DNA from: the human T2T-CHM13v2.0 reference genome, Homo sapiens
Assembly (NCBI RefSeq): GCF_009914755.1
Contig: NC_060947.1
DNA length: 64,000 nt
Strand: one strand, 5' to 3'
The notes below the pieces were generated by a model that saw nothing but the letters and a program-made list of their open reading frames with translations, was not told the DNA's origin and made no database searches. Shown here one piece after another: positions 56,790-64,000 of this stretch. Within the stretch, counting starts at the first letter, position 1. Each line of letters starts with the position of its first letter. A program made the position numbers and the translations under genes.

Positions 56790-57975
56790 CTTTAACTAAT
56801 AATCATATGAAGACATAATAAAATAAAAATTAAAATCACAAAGAGATACTCTTTCTCAAGTTGACTAATTTGTTTAACCATTCAGTGCTGGCCAAGGTAC
56901 ATTGAAATACTCAGAGGCATTTTAATAGCCTAACTTTCTGGAAGGTAATTTAGCAATATTCCTAAATCCTTAAAATTATGCATACCTTTTGGATCATTTA
57001 TCTTATGGCAATGAATTTTGTTGGGATAATAAGATATGTAGTCATTGTAGTGAAAGATGGATGTATGAGGATGTTCACTTTAGTGGTAGTCATAGTAGCC
57101 AGTAATTAGAAATAATCTAAATATCCAATTAGATAAGAATAATTAAAATTTGGCATATCCTTACTATGTGATTCTTTTCCACCTGGAAAAGAAAAATCAT
57201 ATTTTCAGTAATTTTTAATGACACAGGAGATTTTTAATAAGAAAATGTTAAGTAAAAATGCTATTAAACTATAAATGAGACACTCTGTAATTATATTAGT
57301 TACCTATTGCTATGTAATAAAGTACTTCAATCTTAGCAGCTTAAACCACACACATTTGTAATCTCAAAGATTTTGTGGGTCAAGAATCCAGGCACAGCTT
57401 AGCTGAGTCCTCTGCTCAGACTTTCACAAAGCCATGATCAAGGTGTCACTGAAGTGGGGGTTTCATCTGGAGGCTCAACTGGAGAAGGATTCACATTCAA
57501 GCTCACCCACATGGTCATTGGCAGGATTCAATTCCTTAAGAGTTATGAGACTGAGAAATCAGTTCCTTGCTGGCTGTTAGCCAGAGGCCACTCTCAGTTT
57601 TTTGTCATGTGGACCTCTCCAGTATGACAGCTTACTTCATCAAATCCAGCAAGATAGAACCGGCTAGCAAGTCAAACTTCACAATCTTTTGTGACCTCAT
57701 CATGTAAGTGATGTCCTCCCAAAGTTGTCATCTCTTATTGGTTATAAGCAAGTTATACGGAGGGGATTACACAAGGCTGTGAATGCCAGAAGGCAAGGAT
57801 CACTGTATAGTATATAAATAACACAAAAGACTACTTCAAGGAAACATACCCAAATAGTCCAAGTAATTATCTCTATAATAAAGGATTATGAGTGGTTTTT
57901 GGTTTTGTTTCTACATTTTTTTGTATTCTATGAGATTTTTTTAAAATGAGCATATATTACTTTTATAATTAGAAA
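56790..57975 (+). mobile_element. Ancient L1ME 3' relic split by an MLT1F-like LTR
   Basis: aactttctggaaggtaatttagcaat; aattagaaataatctaaatatcc; catatattactttt. Confidence 0.5.
57291..57805 (-). mobile_element. MLT1F-like LTR
   Basis: tattagttacctattgctatgtaa...gtgggtcaagaatccaggcacagcttagctg. Confidence 0.8.
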
Positions 57976-58659
57976 AATATCCACTTTATATTTTTAATAA
58001 ATACTTAGTAAAATTTAATTATAATTTTGCTCAGAATGCTACAATTAAGATATTCTCAAATGATCCTTTCTATGATAAAGTACTGCTAGTAAAGGTCTGG
58101 TTGTTGTTAAAATGTCTAAATCTGAGTGGACACTTTCAAACATCGGGTGACTAAATGGGTACTCAGGCCATAATTAACTATATTTGGCTTGATTCTTATC
58201 CCTTTCTACTGTATAAGATTATAAACCCAGAAGAAATCTCTTTAAATAACCAGCATTTTTGGCACCAATATCCATTATTTTATTCACAAACATAGAGAGG
58301 AATGTTACTATGAAGGTAAAGCAACTCAGCAAGAATGTGTTCTCTCTTCACTTTGGGCGTTGCAATATACCTAAGTGCTTCAGCAAGACAGAAGGATAGG
58401 ACATATCCCTTGTGCTCAAGAAGGTTGCATTCTACTTGGTAAGAGAGAACAAATACATGTCAAATAACAGCAACAATTGTTTCCTTGAAATATATAAAAC
58501 ATCTTAATTTCTGACATGCTGGCACCTCAATGCCTTAATTCAGGTAAAATATAAACAAAGTACTCTAAAGAGCCTTCTTAGAGAAAACTTCATCTGGGCC
58601 GTCAAAAGTGGGTAGCACTTGACTACACATGGAAGGAAGGAGAACAATACATTCCAGGT

Positions 58660-58775
58660 GAGGGTTAACAGGGACAATTCAGGTTATGCCTGTTATTTTA
58701 GTGTAATTATTAATAGCGCCTCTTTTCACTTTCCAAAATGCTACAATTTTGACAACAAATTATATGAACACCCTA
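58660..58775 (-). mobile_element. MER94 (hAT-Blackjack)
   Basis: gtaattattaatagcgcctcttttcact...aattatatgaacacccta. Confidence 0.7.
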
Positions 58776-61279
58776 AGTAGAGGCCATTTATGTTCACTAA
58801 ATTAAGTCAACCTGCTCAACAGATAATAATTACTATCACCATCAACAAGAGAATGCTTGTTCATTCAGATTATTTGTTCATTCATTGGGTGTGAATTTAA
58901 CTTAAAAGGGTAATTTGTTTTAATATTTTTACTGTCAGCGCAGACTAATAGCCAATTAGAGATATGGGCTATAAATCAGAGCACTTTTTCATATTATTTT
59001 CTTTCTTTACTGTAGAGCTAGCAAGATACTACAGTAGGTACTAGGAAGGCTCCTAAAGCTTCCCGGTAACAAGCCTATCTAGAGTTTGTAGGATGAAAAA
59101 AGGTCTCCAATGACTTGGGGAAAAGGGTTATGTGGATTTTCTAGGATTCTCAAGGACAAGGATTGAGATAGGGTTTCTTCTCCAGTTTTCTTTTAAGAAA
59201 CAGAGTGTAAGGCTCACAGAATTAAATGATTTGCTTGTTTAAAATCAATTAAGATTTTGAAAAAGTGCTGCTGTTTCCCTGGTCATCAGATCAAGGCTCA
59301 GGTGGGCATCCACATTTTTCAGTATAATGTGAAACTCGAAGTACTAAATCAACCATCTTTCAGAATTCTTGTCATCACAAGAGAAGCACAACTTGTTACA
59401 AAGAGTACACTGGTAACCATAAAATATGAAATTCAAATTTTGGTCAGGCCAAATTTAACAATAACTTCAGTCAACCAAATATGTTGCAGAAAATTTTAGG
59501 CCATGATCAATTTGTTTAAAATATTTCTACAATTTCACTTTGTGCAAAGTGAAATTAAAAGGCCCTCACAACATCCAAGTTGAAATACCTACTAATAAAA
59601 ATGTTGCTTCAATGTAGTACTTTATTTATAAACTTATAGGCTGTAAACTTACGCAGAAAATCTTGACTGAAAGGAGAAAAATAATCTATTAACAAACAGG
59701 CCATTTACAGTTGCAAGATGATGATTTTTTTAAGAGCCATTTTTAGAAAGATCCTTATTGCCCAGCATCCATTACTTAGCATGTCATGGGTTTTTATCAT
59801 GGTCTGACTACTGGCAGCAGACCTCAAACATAAGAGAGTTGAAATGGCCAAGTTGATGTTCAGGGCAATTCCACTAAACTCTGGCAAAAGGCAACAATAA
59901 TAATATTTGGCATAAAATCCTACCATTTTCCCAGCCACTGCTGGGAGTCCAACAGTTAGCTTTAACAATTCATAAACTTTTTAAAGTTTTATTCTAAATT
60001 TTGCTTTCATTTTCATTCCTCCTGTATTATTCCTCTAATAACGTATGAAAAGAAAAACCATTAACCTAATTATTTGCACTCCTATTCAAGAGCTCCTATT
60101 CAAACCTACTACACTACCAGAAAACAAAGATAAAATTAACTCTTAATAATAAAGAGTTTGAACTCAAATGGGTCCATGTGAAAAGCTCAAAGACATTTTA
60201 CTGGGTTTAAATAAAATTCTGTTCAGCTTCTCCCCAAACCTAATTGGATTTTTCAGTAATTGATTTTATCCTATCCTCTGAATTTGTTAGCTGTAATTTT
60301 GATTTTTTTTTTTTGGCATTTTAAGTCTTCTTAATTACAAGTAATTAGGTGGCTTCAATTAAAATGATTCTTTTGGGATTCTCTCAAATTGGTTTCACAA
60401 ATGTTCAGGTAATAAATCGTGATGAATTTCTCCTTATGGAGAAAGAAAAATGAGAAAGATGTTCAATAATACAAATCAGCTGTTTTTATCAAAACAATAT
60501 GGTCAAAGCTGAAAGAATGATGATTTTTCAATGAAATCAAGAGAAATCTTATTTTTAATTCCCAAGAGGAAGCAAACCAGAGGCTTAGGCAGATAGAGAT
60601 AGCTAATAACACAAGTATGGCATCCAGTGGTTGGGCACCCTTTGAAAGCAAAATGTAAATAGGTATCACCAGAAGAAACAAAAGTGGGTAGAAAAGGTTG
60701 TTCTCAGGGATTTAGCATCTAGGAATATATACTCTAATGTAAAATAAATTCTGACTAACATTTTCAGTTGGACTGAAGAAAATGACAAAGTCAAAAAAGA
60801 ACAAGGGTAACGCTGAAAAATATACACAGAAGCAATGAAAATTCAGTGGCCTGAGGTGAACTTGCCTGCCTTAAATTTTTGAAAGTTGTTTACAAGTCAG
60901 CACACGTTAAAACCTGAAGCTTGAAATAGTGTTCAGGTTCTATGTGCAAATAACCAAACTTCAGGTATTTAGATGAGTTGTCCACAAGACACACAACTAA
61001 TTTGAACTGTTTAGACACTTTTAGTGATTACTGTCATCTGAAATTCATTCTATACCCCCTATTAAAATCTCTACTTGTTTTCAGTTGCAAAAATAATTCT
61101 TCCCAGTATGTGTCCTAAGAACAAGGAGTCAACAAGCATACAGAGAAAACAGGGCCAAATTATTACCACCCCTCCATATTAAATGCAAGTTTTAGTCCCC
61201 AACCCAAAGGAAGAAGATAGTAATTTCTAGCAGATAAAAGAAAAATTATATATAGCCCAAGACTATTAAATACAAAGTC

Positions 61280-61350
61280 ATGTCAAAACATCTTATGTAC
61301 CCCATAAATATATACACCTACTATGTATCCACAAAAATTAAATGTAAAAA
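61280..61350 (+). mobile_element. Short L1MA 3' terminus
   Basis: atgtaccccataaatatatacacctactatgtatccacaaaaattaaa. Confidence 0.75.
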
Positions 61351-61655
61351 GTATTTTTAAATAAGTGTATTCACTAGTAAAAGTGGTCAAACTACTAAAT
61401 TTATAAATTAGAGTGAATAAGACCTAATGGATAATGAACACCATTTTTAGATAAACATTAGGCTGCGGAGGAATGCCACACTTGTAAATGGGAAAGTTTA
61501 TAATTTAGCTAATCTGAAAATTGGAGGCTACAAGAAGCATGGATTGACAGCCTCATTTGAAGGGATTTCTGACTGCCAAAAATCAGGAATTTAAACCCAG
61601 AGTCTAAGGAATGTGAAAGGGTAAGAAAGTGACAAGGCAGTAGGAATGGAAGGGA

Positions 61656-61705
61656 GAAAAAACATAAGTCTGAAACAAGGGAAAAAACATAAGTCTGAAA
61701 CAAGG
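61656..61705 (+). repeat. Perfect 25-bp tandem duplication
   Basis: gaaaaaacataagtctgaaacaagg x2. Confidence 0.95.
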
Positions 61706-61757
61706 GACATTGGGGCAGATTATGAAAAGAGTATAAATTATTTTACAATTATGCCTT

Positions 61758-62130
61758 ATTTTTTTATTGTACTTTAAGTTCTAGGGTACATGTGCACAAT
61801 GTGCAGGTTTGTTACATAGGTATACGTGTGTCATGTTGGTTTGCTGCACCCATCAACTTGTCATTTACATTAGGTATATCTCCTAATGCTATCCCTCCCC
61901 CAGCCCCCCACCACCCGACATGCCCCGGTATGTGATGTTCCCTTCCCTGTTTCCAAGTTGTCTCATTGTTCAATTCTCACCTATGAGCGAGAACATGCAG
62001 TGTTTGGTTTTCTGTCCTTGTGATAGTTTGCTGAGAATGATGGTTTCCAGCTGCATCCATGTTCCTGCAAAGGAAGTGAACTCATCCTTTTTTATGGTTG
62101 CAGAGTATTCCATGGTGTATATGTGCCACA
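61758..62130 (-). mobile_element. L1PA 3' end
   Basis: tactttaagttctagggtacatgtgc...; TSD tatgcctt on both sides. Confidence 0.93.
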
Positions 62131-62224
62131 AAAAAATATGCCTTCTTGATTAGACAGCTGCACTGTGGTTTAGCAACAAATTATCATGGGACTTCATTTT
62201 TGTTATATACTTTACAGTATATAT

Positions 62225-62345
62225 CTGTGAGAGAAAAAGAAATAGATAAATTAAGAGAGATGGGGGATTGAGAAAGATTGAAAGAAAAAGAGAGATTGAA
62301 AGGGACAGAGACATGGAGAAAAAGAGAGAGAAAGAGAGAGAAAGA
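62225..62345 (+). repeat. GA-rich low-complexity tract
   Basis: Directly visible. Confidence 0.75.
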
Positions 62346-63399
62346 TAATCACCAACCTGCTCCTGACCCCCCACCAACTTCTAACCCCAATGCCCCTGGC
62401 CTTAACCATTGGATTTTTAAAAGTAGATCAGAACCATACTTAACATTTTAAAAGCCTCCTTTCAAGCTTAAGCCATTTTTTGTTAAAAATTTTAAGTGAT
62501 CTTTAGTAAGCAAGAAGGTCATGCTACAGCTATGATTTTGTGCCAGAAAAAAAGTACATGTTTAGATGACTGCTGATGTTAATAGAGGAATGAATCCTCT
62601 CACCACTCTTTTATTCAATGTGTTCTCTTACAGTAATTTTTTATCAGCTTCTGATTCCTTAGTTTTAAATCTAACAAAATGTAAAGGAGATGTAAGAACA
62701 GTGCCCCGGGAAAGGAAACATGAATATTCCACTCCCTACTTCACCCTCACTGCTCTCTCATCAGGCTATTTGTTGATTCAATGTCCATTGCTCAAGAACA
62801 CATCAACTTGGCATCTGCATTATTTTCTAGGCTTGTGTCTGCATTTTGCCTCCCATCTGAACATTACAAAAACCCCAAAATACTCATTTATTCAGTGAGT
62901 TGAAGAAAAATTCTCGTACACTGGAGTTGGGCGTTCAGCCTAACTCTGTTTCTTTGCTTCCAAAAGTCATAGTGTTTCCAAAATTGAATACATAAATGCA
63001 AGTCTGATGAAGAACAGTGCTGCCTCGCCTTAAATAACTTTCTACTGTAAATTATGTGACGGGGCAAACACAGATAAGAAAATAAGAGGTTTGCTCAAAT
63101 GTCTAAACACTTGCTTTCTGGTTTTGCTGCTTTATCCTATAACTGGGACTCCTGTCATAATTTCACACACACGGTGAATTTCATACCCATCTTCCTTGGA
63201 GTTGCTGTTTAGGCTGCTTCTCTCCTGGAGGCATTGTTTGTTTCTTCCCCAACCTCAAACACCCAGAAGAGTCTCCAATTCATATATTGACATTCTGTTC
63301 TGTCTACCTCCAGAGGCAGCTCAAAGTACCCCCATCTGTGAGGTCTTCTTTGTTAACTCTCAGTCATCCCAAATTCTCCCTTATCTAAATATATATGGA

Positions 63400-63575
63400 A
63401 TTGGCAGGCATCCTTATATAGTTTTATCCCAGTTTAATATTGATGTGTTATTCTGTAAATTTCCCTGTGTCCTACCTACCTAGAATGGTAAGCTGTATGA
63501 AGGTTAAGGCAGTTTTACATCACAAGCCTGTGTAAGTGACAGGGGCATGGGTGTTTAACAAATACTTGCTGGCAC
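63400..63575 (+). mobile_element. L2 3' relic
   Basis: ctagaatggtaagctgtatgaagg...tttaacaaatacttgctg. Confidence 0.5.
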
Positions 63576-64000
63576 AGAGATTGAGTAACCCATTTTTTTT
63601 TTCTGGACTAGTAAGTGGGAAAAAAATATAGGGAGAAGACTTGTCTTTGGAACCAGTGGTCCTTAGTTATCTGATTTCACAAAGGATCACAATGTAAAAA
63701 TTATATTCTGCCTCAGGAGAAACATGGGGCAAATATGGCCTCTTACTTTGACATTCACCACATCCTTCAAATTGGCAGTCCCCCTGAATTAACAGTAACA
63801 AGGATTTGCCAAAATGATACAGGGAATGGAGAGAGCAAAATTCTCTTCCCTTGCATAGAAGCAGAGCAATTTCTGGTTCCAAAAAGATGGCCCAAATGGG
63901 AGAAAATGTTTTCCAAAGACACTTATCTTGTCCTTAAGTATGAGCAGCAAGTAGCCTGGGACTTGGCATATTGACAACGGTGGCTAGTATCTCAAAGTCT

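Noticed and set aside
59705-59815. C box (ATGATGA) and D box (CTGA) about 90 nt apart, snoRNA-like
   Set aside because: Weak terminal stem, no recognisable rRNA/snRNA guide, and these motifs are common by chance
60750-60860. GACTAAC branch-like motif followed by ttttcAG
   Set aside because: Branch-to-AG distance is too short and downstream donors are weak

Overview
Primate (most likely human) AT-rich non-coding genomic DNA, either intronic or intergenic. It is dominated by interspersed repeats: L1 fragments from ancient L1M to L1PA, about 10 Alus (J, S and Y types), MIR/L2 relics, solo LTRs (THE1, MST, MLT1, LTR16-like) and hAT MITEs (MER1B, MER20, MER33, MER45A, MER58B, MER81, MER94). I recognise no protein-coding gene, RNA gene or CpG island. 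The ORF track consists of decayed L1 ORF2 pieces, Alu read-through and chance ORFs. Subfamily names come from recalled consensus sequences and need RepeatMasker/Dfam confirmation; boundaries without TSDs are approximate. The most unusual structure is a local inverted duplication at 11.46-13.88 kb. An Alu and about 100 bp of its unique 3' flank were copied about 2 kb away in the opposite orientation. The flank is identical over 91 bp, and the copy ends 7 nt past the first Pol III terminator-like T5 run. Other points are a long (GAAAA)n Alu-tail repeat, an old twin-primed L1, a close inverted AluY pair and weak hints of a minus-strand host transcript. I found no evidence for a novel gene system.
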